Shown piece by piece: positions 37,943-48,369 of a DNA stretch of 64,000 nt. A model generated the notes under the pieces. The model was not told the DNA's origin and made no database searches. It saw only the letters and a program-made list of their open reading frames with translations. How positions within the stretch are numbered: position 1 is the first letter of the stretch; each line of letters opens with the position of its first letter. This DNA is from Firmicutes bacterium UBA3570 (GTDB taxonomy: Bacteria > Bacillota > Sulfobacillia > UBA3561). Location of the stretch: positions 16,055 through 80,054 of the forward strand of contig DFNJ01000013.1 of NCBI GenBank assembly GCA_002376005.1, written 5' to 3'. The translations under genes and the position numbers were made by a program.

Positions 37943-39190
37943 TCAGCTCGAGGGCCCAACACCATGTGCCTTGACATTGGACGCCCTCTTTCGATTCCAG
38001 TGGGCGTGCCCGAGAGCGGCACCGGCCCCCAGGAGGGACACCACTGCCGCCGTGATGAAAGCCAGAGGATATGATCCCGTACGGGCGGCCAGAGCCCCCA
38101 GGGTCACCGCTCCCGCCCCTATTCCCAGGTCAAAGGCAGCAAACAGGGTTCCGAAGGCCGATCCCCGCTGGGATCCCGTCGCCCGGTCCGCGGTGAGGGC
38201 CATGGTCCCCGGGTAAACGCCTCCCGCGCCCGCACCGTACAGCCCCGCCGCCAGCAGGAAATGCAGTGGCGTCCGGGCCCGGCCAAAGAGCAGCATGGCC
38301 GCGCCGACCAGCAGCGCACCGGGCACGATCACCGCCAGCCGGCCCGCCCGATCCGATAGTTTACCACCCGGGATGCGACTTAGCGCCACGGTGACCGCGA
38401 AGGTACTGAAGAGCAGCCCCGGGTTGATCACCTGCAGCCGGGCGCAGTAAAGCGGTAGCAGCGTCACCAGGCAACCATAACTGAACGCGTAGGTGAAATA
38501 TATGGCGGCGGGAAGGATGGCCGAGGGGTTGACAAGGGTGAGTCTGCTGGATCTTCGCCGGCCAGCCGTCACCTCGGGCAGACCCAGACAGAAGCCCACC
38601 GCTGCTGCGGCTGACGCGGCGCACAGATAGAAAAGCACCTTGAAGCCTCGAGCCTGATGAACCAGACCGCCCAGTGCCGGCCCGAAGGCCATGGCCAGGT
38701 TACTGAACAGCCCGTAGATCCCCAGCGCCTCACCGCGCCGCTGCTGGGGAGCCACGTCCGTCGCGTAGGTACTCCCCCCGGTGGTGAAACAGGCGATGCC
38801 TCCGCCGTGGAGCAGTCGAAGTGCCAGTACCAGCGCCACCGACTGCAGCCAGGGGTAGCTGAAGGCGGCAACGGTGAAGATGGCCGCACCCAGCAGCATC
38901 AAGCGCTTCCTCCCCCACTGGTCGGTGGCCCAGCCGGTCATCGGCCGCATCAACACCGCAGCCACGGTGAAAGCTCCCACCGACAGGCCCACCACCGACT
39001 CGTCTGCGCCCAGGTGCACCAGGTACAGGGGCAACACTGGAAGCATGAGGTGCAGAGAGGAGAAAAACGCGAGGTTGGCCAGGCAGGCCAGCCAGAACGC
39101 GGTGGAGAATCCAACAGCGCGGGCGATAGAGCGGCCAAGACTGTCCGGTGCTGGCAGGCCGGAGCCGCGAGAGATCTTCACCGTCACCAT
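37943..39190 (-). CDS. MFS transporter
   Basis: GWATDQWGRKR, RLLHG, GKLSDRAGR; about 12 TM segments. Confidence 0.9.
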   Translation of the reverse strand: MVTVKISRGSGLPAPDSLGRSIARAVGFSTAFWLACLANLAFFSSLHLMLPVLPLYLVHLGADESVVGLSVGAFTVAAVLMRPMTGWATDQWGRKRLMLLGAAIFTVAAFSYPWLQSVALVLALRLLHGGGIACFTTGGSTYATDVAPQQRRGEALGIYGLFSNLAMAFGPALGGLVHQARGFKVLFYLCAASAAAAVGFCLGLPEVTAGRRRSSRLTLVNPSAILPAAIYFTYAFSYGCLVTLLPLYCARLQVINPGLLFSTFAVTVALSRIPGGKLSDRAGRLAVIVPGALLVGAAMLLFGRARTPLHFLLAAGLYGAGAGGVYPGTMALTADRATGSQRGSAFGTLFAAFDLGIGAGAVTLGALAARTGSYPLAFITAAVVSLLGAGAALGHAHWNRKRASNVKAHGVGPSS

Positions 39191-39277
39191 CCTCTCTGGG
39201 TGGAAAGTGCCCGGATGCTCACGGCCTTGATTCTCCTGCGAGGGCTGCCGATCCTTCCGGCGCCGTAGGACGAGGAG

Positions 39278-39519
39278 TTGCGGTTTCTGGGGAAACCGAG
39301 AGTACTGATGGTGGACGACGAGAAACACATCGTGCGACTGGTCACCTTCAACCTGTAGCGGGCTGGGTTCGAGGCGGTTGCCGCTGCCAGCGCCGAGAAA
39401 AGGCGTTGCGGAAGCTGGACCGGGGGCGCGGTGACCTGGTGATCTCGGATCTGATATTGCCGGAGGTGGACGGCCTGGACTTGTACCGGGAAATTAGGAG
39501 GCGCGAGCCGGAGCGGTAA
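39278..39519 (+). pseudogene. Truncated PhoP/PhoB-like response regulator remnant
   Basis: VLMVDDEKHIVRLVTFNL*RAGFE (TAG 39356-39358), frameshift, DLVISDLILPEVDGLDL, then truncation. Confidence 0.8.
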
Positions 39520-39525
39520 TCCGTG

Positions 39526-40043
39526 GGGATGATGCCATCGACCAACCGGAGCTGGATATAAGAGCCGGTGTCTGTCCTTGCTGGTCCTCCAGCAGCTCAT
39601 GGCTAAGGATCTGAGAGTGATAGGGACGGCGCTGAAGATCATCACCGACCTGGAGGGGATGGCCGGTCACCCGGTGGATATCGGGCGGGTGACTATCGCC
39701 CTGCACGGCCAGCGACTGATAAAACCCCTGATCGATGTCCCGCACATGGCCGAGCTGGCCCAGGCAATGATGCGTGAGAGCTTGGACGCCTACGTCAACG
39801 AGAACGTGGAAGCTGCCCGCGCTGTTATTGAGTCCGATGACCAGGTGGACCATCTACGCCCAGGTGTTCCGTGATCTGTTGTTGATCATCATGATGGAGA
39901 ATCCCCGCACCATCGAGCGGGCGACCCACCTGCTGCTGGCGGCTCAGTACCTCGAAGGCCTCGCTGATCACGCCACTAATCTGGGAGAGTGGGTCATCTA
40001 CATGGTGACCGGGGAGAGGGTTCGCGCTCAGCCATACAGCTGA
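39526..40043 (+). pseudogene. phoU: phoU remnant (N-terminus missing, frameshifted)
   Basis: DDAID...LLVLQQLMAKDLRVIGTALKIITDLE...DDQVD / AQYLEGLADHATNLGEWVIYMVTG in different frames. Confidence 0.85.
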
Positions 40044-40071
40044 GGGCCCGGCCCACCCCGGGCCCTCAGCT
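40038..40071. terminator. 14-bp hairpin between convergent genes
   Basis: AGCTGAGGGCCCGG-N6-CCGGGCCCTCAGCT. Confidence 0.65.
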
Positions 40072-40080
40072 CCTGTGGTT

Positions 40081-41694
40081 TCAGTATCCGAGGGCGTTGC
40101 CTTCTGCCCGTCGATCCGATCCACCCAGCAAAAGCCCGCTGTCAGGATCGATCATGATCAGCTGGGCGGCGCCGCCGCATCCCCACGGTGCCACCTTCCT
40201 GACCCGGTGACCTTTGGCGGTGAGCACCCGCAGGGTTTCGGGGGGGAACCTCTCCTCCATCCTGAGTTCCAGTGGGTTGTCGATGTGGGCGGGGTCGGTA
40301 CCGGGAAAGCTGAGCCAGCGAGGCAGATCGACCGCCTCCTGCACGCTGAGGCCGAAGTCCAGCAAGCTGACCAGTACCTGCAGGTTCCACTGTGGCTGGC
40401 CATCTCCCCCCGGCGTGCCCCCCACCAGGTATGGGACACCTTCGCGCAAGACCATGTAGCAGTTGAGGGTGTGCATGGTGCGTTTGCCAGGAGCGATGCA
40501 GTTGGGGTGTTCGGCGTCCAGCACGAAGCCTCGGCCAGCCCGGTTGTTGAGCAACACACCAGTCCCAGGAACCACCACCCCGGAGCCGAAGGCCATGGAG
40601 ATGCTGTGGATGAAGGAGCAGGCATTACCCTGCCCGTCAACGGCACAGAAATACGTGGTATCCCCCAGCGTCTCCGGCCCCGGCTGGCAGTCCATGGCCC
40701 GTTGGGGATCGATGATTTGCTGTCGCTTGGCGGCGTACTCTTTGGATATCAGCTCTCTCAGATCGGTTTTGATGAAGCGGGGGTCTCCCGCCCGTGCAAG
40801 GCGGTCGCCGAAGGCCACTTTCTTGGCCTCCACCATCAGGTGAACCACCAGGGGATGGAGGGGATCATATCCCGCGAGATCGAATCCCTCCAGGAGGTTG
40901 AGTTCTTCCAGCATGATCAGTCCCTGAGAGACGGGGCCCGTCTGCAACACCTCATACCCCCGGTAGGTGGTGCTCCAGGGCTCGTATACCTCCACCACTT
41001 CTTCCTCCAGCTCATCGCCCTGAAACAGGCCACCGGACTCCCGCGAGCAGCGGTAGAAGGCTTGCGCAAACGGACCCCGGTAGAAGGCCTCACTTCCGCC
41101 CTCGACGATCATCTCCATGGTTTGGGCCAGGTCTTTCTGTACCAGCAGCTCGCCGATGGCCGGCGGCCGACCGCCGGGGAGAAAAATGCGCGCGGTGGCG
41201 GGAAACTTGGCCAGTTTGTTCTGATATTCGCCGATCCGCCGGTGCAGACGTGGGGTCACCGGGAAGCCGTCGCGGGCCAGTTCTATCGCCGGGCGGAATG
41301 CCCGTCCCAGGGAGAAGGTGCCGAATTCGCGCAACGCCCGTTCAAAGGCGGCGACCGCACCGGGGACTGCCACCGAGAGCATGCCATCAAGCGGCATCTT
41401 CCGGTAACCGCGCTGCAAAAAGAACTCCAGCGTCGCCCCCCGGGGGGCAATCCCACTGGCGTTCAACGCATGGGCTCGCCGGGTCCTGGCGTCCCAATAT
41501 ATGGCGAAGACGTCTCCTCCCAGGCCGCACATGTCGGGCATCACCACGGAAGTGACGGCGGCCATGGTCACGCAGGCGTCCATGGCATTGCCTCCCTCCC
41601 GCAGCGCGTCCAGGCCGGCCAGCGAGGCCAGGGGATGGGCGGAGGCTACCATGCCGCGCTTACCTAACGCTACCTGGTGGTATTTCCTCTGCAT
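40081..41694 (-). CDS. ggt: Gamma-glutamyltransferase family protein
   Basis: GGNAMDA, GLGGD, VAVPGAV, GDTTYF autocleavage Thr, PGKRTMHTLN, GTPGGDGQPQ, SDRR. Confidence 0.93.
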   Translation of the reverse strand: MQRKYHQVALGKRGMVASAHPLASLAGLDALREGGNAMDACVTMAAVTSVVMPDMCGLGGDVFAIYWDARTRRAHALNASGIAPRGATLEFFLQRGYRKMPLDGMLSVAVPGAVAAFERALREFGTFSLGRAFRPAIELARDGFPVTPRLHRRIGEYQNKLAKFPATARIFLPGGRPPAIGELLVQKDLAQTMEMIVEGGSEAFYRGPFAQAFYRCSRESGGLFQGDELEEEVVEVYEPWSTTYRGYEVLQTGPVSQGLIMLEELNLLEGFDLAGYDPLHPLVVHLMVEAKKVAFGDRLARAGDPRFIKTDLRELISKEYAAKRQQIIDPQRAMDCQPGPETLGDTTYFCAVDGQGNACSFIHSISMAFGSGVVVPGTGVLLNNRAGRGFVLDAEHPNCIAPGKRTMHTLNCYMVLREGVPYLVGGTPGGDGQPQWNLQVLVSLLDFGLSVQEAVDLPRWLSFPGTDPAHIDNPLELRMEERFPPETLRVLTAKGHRVRKVAPWGCGGAAQLIMIDPDSGLLLGGSDRRAEGNALGY

Positions 41695-41711
41695 CGTCTA
41701 CCTCCTCCGAT

Positions 41712-43223
41712 TCAACCGGTCTCCGCCAGGGTACGCTTGCGCTGCCTCATGATCTGCCAGGCCGAATAGGCGATGGAGAGCAGGGAGATCCCCAGGAACA
41801 GCGCGGATATGGGCCTGGTGAAGAACAGGTTGGGATTGGGGTTGATCATCAGGGCCTGGCGCAGGTTGCTTTCTGCCAGGGGGCCGAGGATGAGCCCGAG
41901 CACCACGGGGGCCAGGGGAACTCCCAGCCGGCTCAGCAGGTATCCGATGAGCCCGAAGAGCAGGAATACCCAGACGTCGAAGAACCTGTTGTTCAGCGCG
42001 AAGGACCCTACCACGCACAAAGTGAGGACGGCTGGGACCAGGCTGAAGCTGGGCGCCTTGGCGATGCGCAGAAATCCCCTCAGTCCCACTATCTGCAGCA
42101 GCAACATGGAAAAGTGCGCCACTATGAGCGCTATGAATACCCCGTAGACCAGGACTGGCTCATGCCGCAGCAGCATGGGTCCGGGGGTGATCCCGTGCAG
42201 TATCAGGGCTCCCAGCATCACCGCGGTGATGGCGTTGCCCGGTATCCCCAGCGCGATGGTGGGAATCAGCGAACCCCCGGCGGTCCCGTTGTTGCCCGCC
42301 TCCGAGGCGATTATGCCGTCGGGGATGCCGGTGCCGAATTTCTCGGGGTGCTTTGACATCTTCTGGGCCTGGTCGTAGGCCAGGAAGTTGGAAGTCACTC
42401 CTCCCGCTGCCGGCAAGGCTCCCACCATGCACCCGATTAATCCCGAGCGCACCAGGTTCACCCACTGGCTCAGTACCTCGCGCAGGCCTGCCAGCCAGGG
42501 TACCTGGATGCTCCCTTCGATGAAACTGGAATCGACTTGCTTGGTCTCGGTGCGTCCGCGAGCCGCCGCGTCGATCATCTGAGGCAGCGCGAACAGCCCG
42601 ATCAGCACGGGCAGGAACTCGAACCCGTCGGTGAGCTCGTGCAGCCCAAAGGTGAAGCGCAGCTGTCCCGCCACCGGATCGATGCCGAAGGTGGCCAACA
42701 GCAGTCCGAAGGCCCCCGCCATCAGCCCCTTGGTGAGGGATTTGGAACCCAAGGATGCTATGAGGGTGAGGGCGAAGACGATCAAGGAAAAGATCTCCCA
42801 GGGACCAAACCGCAGGGCGAATCGGGCTATGGGCACGGCGGTGATGATGAGCACAACCGCCCCCACCAGCCCTCCCAGGAAGGAGGAGATCACCCCCAGC
42901 GCCAGCGCCCGGCCCGGCTGACCCTTCTTGGCCATGGGATGCCCGTCGAAGGTGGTACATATTGAGGAGGGAGTGCCCGGAATGCCCAGCAGTATGCCCG
43001 AGATCTGCCCTCCAGAATACCCGCCCACGTACACCCCCAGCATGGTGGCCAGTCCTTCAATGGGTGACATGCCGAAGGTGAAGGGCAGGGTGAGGGCAAT
43101 TCCCATGGTGATGGTGAAACCGGGTATGGCTCCCACGATGATCCCCGCCAGGGCTCCCAGGGTGATCAATGCCAGCACCTTGGCGGTGAAAACTTCGGCC
43201 GCAGCCTGGATCAAGAACTCCAC
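41712..43223 (-). CDS. tctA: Tripartite tricarboxylate transporter large permease
   Basis: GIPGTPSSICTTFDGHPMAKKG, ASEAGNNG, GITPGP. Confidence 0.93.
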   Translation of the reverse strand: MEFLIQAAAEVFTAKVLALITLGALAGIIVGAIPGFTITMGIALTLPFTFGMSPIEGLATMLGVYVGGYSGGQISGILLGIPGTPSSICTTFDGHPMAKKGQPGRALALGVISSFLGGLVGAVVLIITAVPIARFALRFGPWEIFSLIVFALTLIASLGSKSLTKGLMAGAFGLLLATFGIDPVAGQLRFTFGLHELTDGFEFLPVLIGLFALPQMIDAAARGRTETKQVDSSFIEGSIQVPWLAGLREVLSQWVNLVRSGLIGCMVGALPAAGGVTSNFLAYDQAQKMSKHPEKFGTGIPDGIIASEAGNNGTAGGSLIPTIALGIPGNAITAVMLGALILHGITPGPMLLRHEPVLVYGVFIALIVAHFSMLLLQIVGLRGFLRIAKAPSFSLVPAVLTLCVVGSFALNNRFFDVWVFLLFGLIGYLLSRLGVPLAPVVLGLILGPLAESNLRQALMINPNPNLFFTRPISALFLGISLLSIAYSAWQIMRQRKRTLAETG

Positions 43224-43241
43224 CGTGAATCACCTCCCCGT

Positions 43242-43757
43242 CTAGCGCAGGATCCCGCTGGGCAGATACACGCCCAGGTACCGCGCAAACACGTAATTGA
43301 CCACCAGGGTCAGCGCTACTGCCAGGACCACCATGCCCGGGAGAAGACGCGTCTGGCGCGGACTCAGGATCCACTGACAGCCCACCAGGAACGGTATCGA
43401 GGAGAGCACGAAGCCCAGTTTGGGGATGATCAGTATGTATGCGAACATGAGGGCGAAGATGGTCACTGCCAGTCGCGCCTTGGCCCGGTTGCTTCGGCTT
43501 TCTTGGGTGGAGCCTTCACCGGATGGCCGCTCCTTGGGCTGCCGGGACGGCTGCGCTCGCCCGGCGGCAAGACTGGTCACCAGCAATATGAGGGAGAGAA
43601 GGCCCAGCACCATCAGGACCATCCGCGGCCAGGCCGCCGGACCCAGACGGTCCCACTTGCCCGCCTGGGGAAGCGCGTAGGTATGCCAGTACATGAAGGC
43701 GACCAACAGCAGCATCACCACAGCCAGTACCGCATCCCACTTTCTCGTCTTGACCAC
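43242..43757 (-). CDS. tctB: Tripartite tricarboxylate transporter small permease
   Basis: GPAAWPR, 4-5 TM segments, C-terminal LGVYLPSG. Confidence 0.88.
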   Translation of the reverse strand: MVKTRKWDAVLAVVMLLLVAFMYWHTYALPQAGKWDRLGPAAWPRMVLMVLGLLSLILLVTSLAAGRAQPSRQPKERPSGEGSTQESRSNRAKARLAVTIFALMFAYILIIPKLGFVLSSIPFLVGCQWILSPRQTRLLPGMVVLAVALTLVVNYVFARYLGVYLPSGILR

Positions 43758-43827
43758 CTCCCGTAGGGCTCCGCGAGCCCCGGGCTGCCTCGCCTGCCCA
43801 GGGCTCGCCGGAGCCGTGCTTAACCCC

Positions 43828-44841
43828 TCACTTCATCATTTGCGCCAGCTTGTCGTATTTCTTCATCAGCTCGTCGAGGAATTTCACGTATTCCTCGCGG
43901 GGCTTGAAGTTGACCAGGGTGCCCATCTCCTCGATCTTGGCCTTGCACTCGGGGTCTTCCATCGCCTTGCGGAATGCCTCCTCGATCTTCTTGAGGATTC
44001 CCTCGGGCGTGCCCTTGGGCGCGAATACCCCGCGATTGGTGGCGTGGGCGAAGTCAATTCCCTGCTCCTTCAGCGTGGGTACGTCCGGGATCTGCGGCAG
44101 CCGGCTCTCCCAGGCCACTCCCAGGAATTTCAAGTCTCCTGCCTCGACATGTCCCATGGCGGAGGCCACGTTGGCCATGCACCCGTGGGTGTGCTTGCCC
44201 AGAAGCGCGGTCAGCTGGGGCCCGGTTCCTTCATAGCCTACCAACCGCAGGACGTCCTTGGACACGCCAGCGGCCTCCAGGATGCCCAGTATGAAGAAGT
44301 GGTCGGTGGACCCAAAGGTGGTGGACCATACGATCTCTCCTGGCTTGGATTTGGCTTCCTCCAGCAGTTCCTTCATGGTGTTCCAGGGGTAGTCCGAATG
44401 GGTGGTGGCGATGTTCGGAGTGGAGGTAATGAGGCAGATGGGTTCAAAAGCCTCGAAAGCGTAGTCCACGACTCCCGAGTAGAACGCGGTGGCGATGACA
44501 TCGTGGCTACCGAGCAACGTGTATCCGTCGGGTCGCGCTTCCTTGACGTGACGCGAGCCCACCGTGGAAGTGGCTCCAGGCATGTTCACGCAGACTATGG
44601 GTTGTCCCAGATGCTTTTCTGCGTACTTGCACACCAGACGGAAGATGATGTCAGTCGCTCCGCCCGGTTTATAGGGTATCACCAGCTGAATGGGTCGCTC
44701 CGGATACTTCGCCACCGCCTCCTCGGCCGCCTTCTCCTCTGCCTGGGGCTTGGCTTCTTCCTGCGCTTCGGGTGCGCAACCCGACGCCAACAGAGCCAGG
44801 CAAATGACTGCCACCAGCACCATCAGCAAACTCTTTCGCAT
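43828..44841 (-). CDS. tctC: Tripartite tricarboxylate transporter substrate-binding lipoprotein
   Basis: Lipobox LASGC, YPERPIQLVIPYKPGGATD, PDGYTL, PDVPTLKEQG. Confidence 0.92.
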   Translation of the reverse strand: MRKSLLMVLVAVICLALLASGCAPEAQEEAKPQAEEKAAEEAVAKYPERPIQLVIPYKPGGATDIIFRLVCKYAEKHLGQPIVCVNMPGATSTVGSRHVKEARPDGYTLLGSHDVIATAFYSGVVDYAFEAFEPICLITSTPNIATTHSDYPWNTMKELLEEAKSKPGEIVWSTTFGSTDHFFILGILEAAGVSKDVLRLVGYEGTGPQLTALLGKHTHGCMANVASAMGHVEAGDLKFLGVAWESRLPQIPDVPTLKEQGIDFAHATNRGVFAPKGTPEGILKKIEEAFRKAMEDPECKAKIEEMGTLVNFKPREEYVKFLDELMKKYDKLAQMMK

Positions 44842-45054
44842 TCTTCCCCCTCCCACTGGTTGAATTGGTCGGGCAGTGTGTGAGCGTCTGGGGAACACCC
44901 CCTCAGGTCGGGGCCGGTGATGCAAAAACCAGCCCCGCGTCAGCTCGCTGGGCTGGTCTGCCATGGAGGGGTCGGATCCCTCCGACCACCGATGGAAGAC
45001 CTCAGCGGCTAGCTCTGGCCGTGCGCACTGCCCAGAGCGTCAGGTACGAGCTTT

Positions 45055-45435
45055 TCATGCCGGTCCCTCGGGCCGAGACGGTTGCTCCCTGCGGCCTCCT
45101 TCATCTTCACGGCCCATACGGTACTCGAGGAAGTCCTGGTACAGGTCTTTGAGGGCAGCAATGATGGCGTTCTTGCCCTTGCCGAAATACCTTTCCTGGA
45201 TCACTCGTATCGGGCCCTCTATGCCGTCCAACAGGCTGAAACCTATCAGCAGCGAAGAGATGAATTCTTGACCATGAGCCGTGGCCAGTGTGCAGGAGGC
45301 ACGCAATATGACGAAGTACTTGGGGTCAGTCTCCACCGCCAAACCAAGGGTATCGTACACCGACTGGGCCGGCATTCCCCGCGGCAGTTTGGCGTGCCCT
45401 ACCCAAAACAGTGTCTGGGGTTGGACCGGCAACAC
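45055..45435 (-). CDS. DUF3870 family protein
   Basis: GHAKLPRGMPAQ...ASCTLAT...RYFGKGKNAIIAAL; GTG start after GGGAGG. Confidence 0.8.
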   Translation of the reverse strand: MLPVQPQTLFWVGHAKLPRGMPAQSVYDTLGLAVETDPKYFVILRASCTLATAHGQEFISSLLIGFSLLDGIEGPIRVIQERYFGKGKNAIIAALKDLYQDFLEYRMGREDEGGRREQPSRPEGPA

Positions 45436-45585
45436 CGTTCGCCTCCCGCTTGCTGCACCTACGACTTCGACGAACAGCCGGAAAACTCCTGCTAGTTTCG
45501 CCGCCGATTGGAGGGCACTTTCCCCATACTGCCCCTCTATTGAGCTGCTCGTGACTCCAATAATTTCCGCTTGTACTGTTGACAC

Positions 45586-46671
45586 TCAGGTCATGGGCAC
45601 CTGGCGAACCACCTTACCTTCGATGCGCTCGAAGACGTCCCGGAGGCTGCGACCGGTGATGGTCAGTCCGTGGTTCCTCAATCCCACCACCGCCTGGGCG
45701 GGGTCCTCCGCCTGGCGGACGATTTCGGCCACCGCCTTGGCCAGCTGGTAGGTGCCGCAGGGATAGTTGATCACCGTTGACGGCACGCCCGGGATCCAGC
45801 CGTGTATGTGAACGATGGCTCCCACCTCGGGGTGCTCAGTGTAGATCATCCAGTGCTCGATGGCATCCACCGACACCCGCCGTGGCTCCACGTGGGGGGG
45901 TACGCTCAAGATCATGGCGTTTTCTTCCGGATCATATCCAGTGACCAGCAGGATGTCCCGGCCGATGGTCCGCAGGTTGGACTTGTCGACGCCGCTGGCG
46001 CTCATCCAGAAGCTGCGGGCATCGTGCCGCGCGCTGAGGTTTCCGTAGCTCAGTCCCCCGATCCCGTAAAGGCGCCTGACATGCCGGAAGTCTCGTTCGG
46101 GAAGCAACTCTTCTATGGGAAAGGGGGCAGGCAACAGCCCCATGGCGTCCAGTTTCTTGCCCGCCCAGGTGATTTCCCGGGTTGTTTCGTTTCCCTCCCA
46201 CAGCTCAGGTGGTAGGTCGGGGACGAACCGGTTGTTGATCACCAGGGTGGAGGTGGCCAGGGGAAGGAGGCGGGAGGATACGGCGGAGTAGTATGCTCGG
46301 CCGTCCGCTGGCCTTTCGGGGATGCTGTAGGTTCCTTGCTCCAGGGTGACGAAATGGGTTGTCCAACCGTCGTCGTGGTTGACCAGGTAAAGTAGCAGGT
46401 TGGAGAGCGTGCGTATGAGCAACGGATAGGCCGTCTTCAGTACGTCCTCGGGCTCCTCGTCCACTTCCACCACCGACACCACGAATACTGCCTGCGACCT
46501 TCGGCGGAAGGCCCGCGGTCGCTTGGCGTCGGTGAAGTTCACCACCAGGGTCACGTCCTCCGTGACCCGGTCATGGTAGTGATGGCCGAGATCCTGGAGG
46601 GTTTCGCGCAGCTGTTGCGCAAACCGGCTCAAAGTGGGACTGCTGTAATCGCCCGCATATGCAAAATGCAT
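45586..46671 (-). CDS. Class II aldolase/adducin family protein with N-terminal extension
   Basis: SYGNLSAR, WMSASG, VSVDAIEHWMIY, IVHIH, RNHGLTITG. Confidence 0.82.
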   Translation of the reverse strand: MHFAYAGDYSSPTLSRFAQQLRETLQDLGHHYHDRVTEDVTLVVNFTDAKRPRAFRRRSQAVFVVSVVEVDEEPEDVLKTAYPLLIRTLSNLLLYLVNHDDGWTTHFVTLEQGTYSIPERPADGRAYYSAVSSRLLPLATSTLVINNRFVPDLPPELWEGNETTREITWAGKKLDAMGLLPAPFPIEELLPERDFRHVRRLYGIGGLSYGNLSARHDARSFWMSASGVDKSNLRTIGRDILLVTGYDPEENAMILSVPPHVEPRRVSVDAIEHWMIYTEHPEVGAIVHIHGWIPGVPSTVINYPCGTYQLAKAVAEIVRQAEDPAQAVVGLRNHGLTITGRSLRDVFERIEGKVVRQVPMT

Positions 46672-47066
46672 CCTCGTCACTCCTATCTCAGTGTTTGTCA
46701 CCCGAGAGGGGGCATTACCGCCCATATCCTGCCAGGAAATTACTATTCCTCTTCGGGAGCGCGTTTCCCTGCGGTTCGCGCATCGACCTTTGGATCCGGA
46801 CCGAAGTAGTGCGGGGGCAGGATATTCTCGGTTCCTGGCCGAGAAGACGAGGAAGTGGGCCGACGTCAGCCAGGCTCGGGTGGTTGGCGCGCCAGCCGCT
46901 CCGCAGCTGCTGAGCACAACCATGGGCTGGATGGCCAGGGCTGACGCGCGTTGACCTGGGCGTCGAGGCGGAGGACGAGCCGGGTTCCCTGCAGGAGCGA
47001 GCTGCCCGGGCTGCAGGCGTAGGCCACCAGGATCGGCGCTGGCCATGTCGAAGACAGAGTTTCCGG

Positions 47067-48353
47067 GTGATGGCGATGCACTGTGGTTTGGCGGCGGAAG
47101 TGGACCTGCTGGTGGTGAATGCGGCTCAGCTGCTCACCTGCGCCCCGGCCAGAGAGAGGCCGAAGGTGGGGGAGGAGATGCTACAGCTGGGGATCATCGA
47201 GGGCGGGGCGGTGGCGGTGGTGGGCGAGCGCATCGCGGCAGTTGGCCCGACGGAGGAGGTTCTGCGGAGCGTGCGTTGTGGGCCCCGCACCCGGGTGGTG
47301 AACGCGGACGGGCAGGTGGTGACGCCGGGCCTTGTGGACCCTCACACTCACCTGATCTTTGCCGGCTGGCGGGAAGAAGAGATGGAGCTGAGACTCCGGG
47401 GGTTCACTTACCTGGACATCCTGCGGGCGGGCGGTGGCATCTTGAGTACAGTGCGGGCAACGCGGGCTGCTTCCCTGGAGGAGCTGGTCCGCGTGGGGCT
47501 GCAGCGTGCCTGGGAAATGCTCACACAGGGCACCACCACGGCGGAAGCGAAGAGCGGGTACGGCCTGAGTCTGGAACACGAGCTAAAGCAGCTGGCTGCG
47601 GTACGGGAGGTTAACGCACGCCACCCCCTGGACCTGGTTCCCACCTTCTTGGGCGCTCACGCCATCCCTGAGGAGTACTCGGGTTCCCCCGAGCGCTACG
47701 TGGATCAAGTGGTGGAGGAAATGCTGCCCGCGGTGGCGCGCGACGGGCTGGCCGAGTTCTGCGATGTGTTTTGCGAACCCGGTGTTTTCGACCTGAAGCA
47801 GTCCCGCCGCATACTTACCCGGGCCCGCCAGCTGGGCTTGGGGTTGAAAGTGCATGCAGACGAAATACATCCACAAGGAGGAGCGGAACTGGCAGCGGAG
47901 CTGGAGGCGGCCAGTGCCGACCATCTGGTGGCGGTATCGGACGAGGGCATCGATCGCCTGGCCGCGTCCGGGGTGGTGGCAGTTTTGTTGCCGGGCACGT
48001 CGTTCGTGCTGGGCGGTCGTCACGCCCCCGCGCGCCGCATGCTGGAACGCGGGGTGGCGGTGGCCTTGGCAACGGATTTCAATCCGGGAACCTGCCCCTG
48101 CAATTCCCTCCCCTTGATCATGGTGATGGGGTGCCTGTGCCTGGGTATGCGGCCAGCGGAGGTCGTCAATGCGGTGACCATCAATGCGGCATGGGCAATA
48201 GGTCGGGCTCATGACATCGGCAGCATAGAGCCGGGCAAACTGGCCGACCTGGTGGTGTTCGAGGCGCCCAACTACAAGTATCTGTGCTACCGGTTGGGGA
48301 CCAACCTGGTGCGCATGGTCATCAAGCGGGGTCAGGTGGTGGTGGAGCGGTGA
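47067..48353 (+). CDS. hutI: Imidazolonepropionase
   Basis: PGLVDPHTHL, GGGILSTV, EAKSGYGL, FLGAHA, ATDFNPG; start uncertain. Confidence 0.95.
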   Translation: MMAMHCGLAAEVDLLVVNAAQLLTCAPARERPKVGEEMLQLGIIEGGAVAVVGERIAAVGPTEEVLRSVRCGPRTRVVNADGQVVTPGLVDPHTHLIFAGWREEEMELRLRGFTYLDILRAGGGILSTVRATRAASLEELVRVGLQRAWEMLTQGTTTAEAKSGYGLSLEHELKQLAAVREVNARHPLDLVPTFLGAHAIPEEYSGSPERYVDQVVEEMLPAVARDGLAEFCDVFCEPGVFDLKQSRRILTRARQLGLGLKVHADEIHPQGGAELAAELEAASADHLVAVSDEGIDRLAASGVVAVLLPGTSFVLGGRHAPARRMLERGVAVALATDFNPGTCPCNSLPLIMVMGCLCLGMRPAEVVNAVTINAAWAIGRAHDIGSIEPGKLADLVVFEAPNYKYLCYRLGTNLVRMVIKRGQVVVER

Positions 48354-48369
48354 AAGGAGGTTTGTCGCG

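Noticed and set aside
39356-39358. Second in-frame TAG (phoP remnant) as evidence of amber recoding
   Set aside because: The same remnant also has a frameshift and truncation, and TAG terminates many intact genes in the window.
40075-41667. Long antisense ORFs (for example 40075-41667 +, 32364-33788 -, 17050-18378 -)
   Set aside because: Shadow frames of well-supported genes, expected at high GC.
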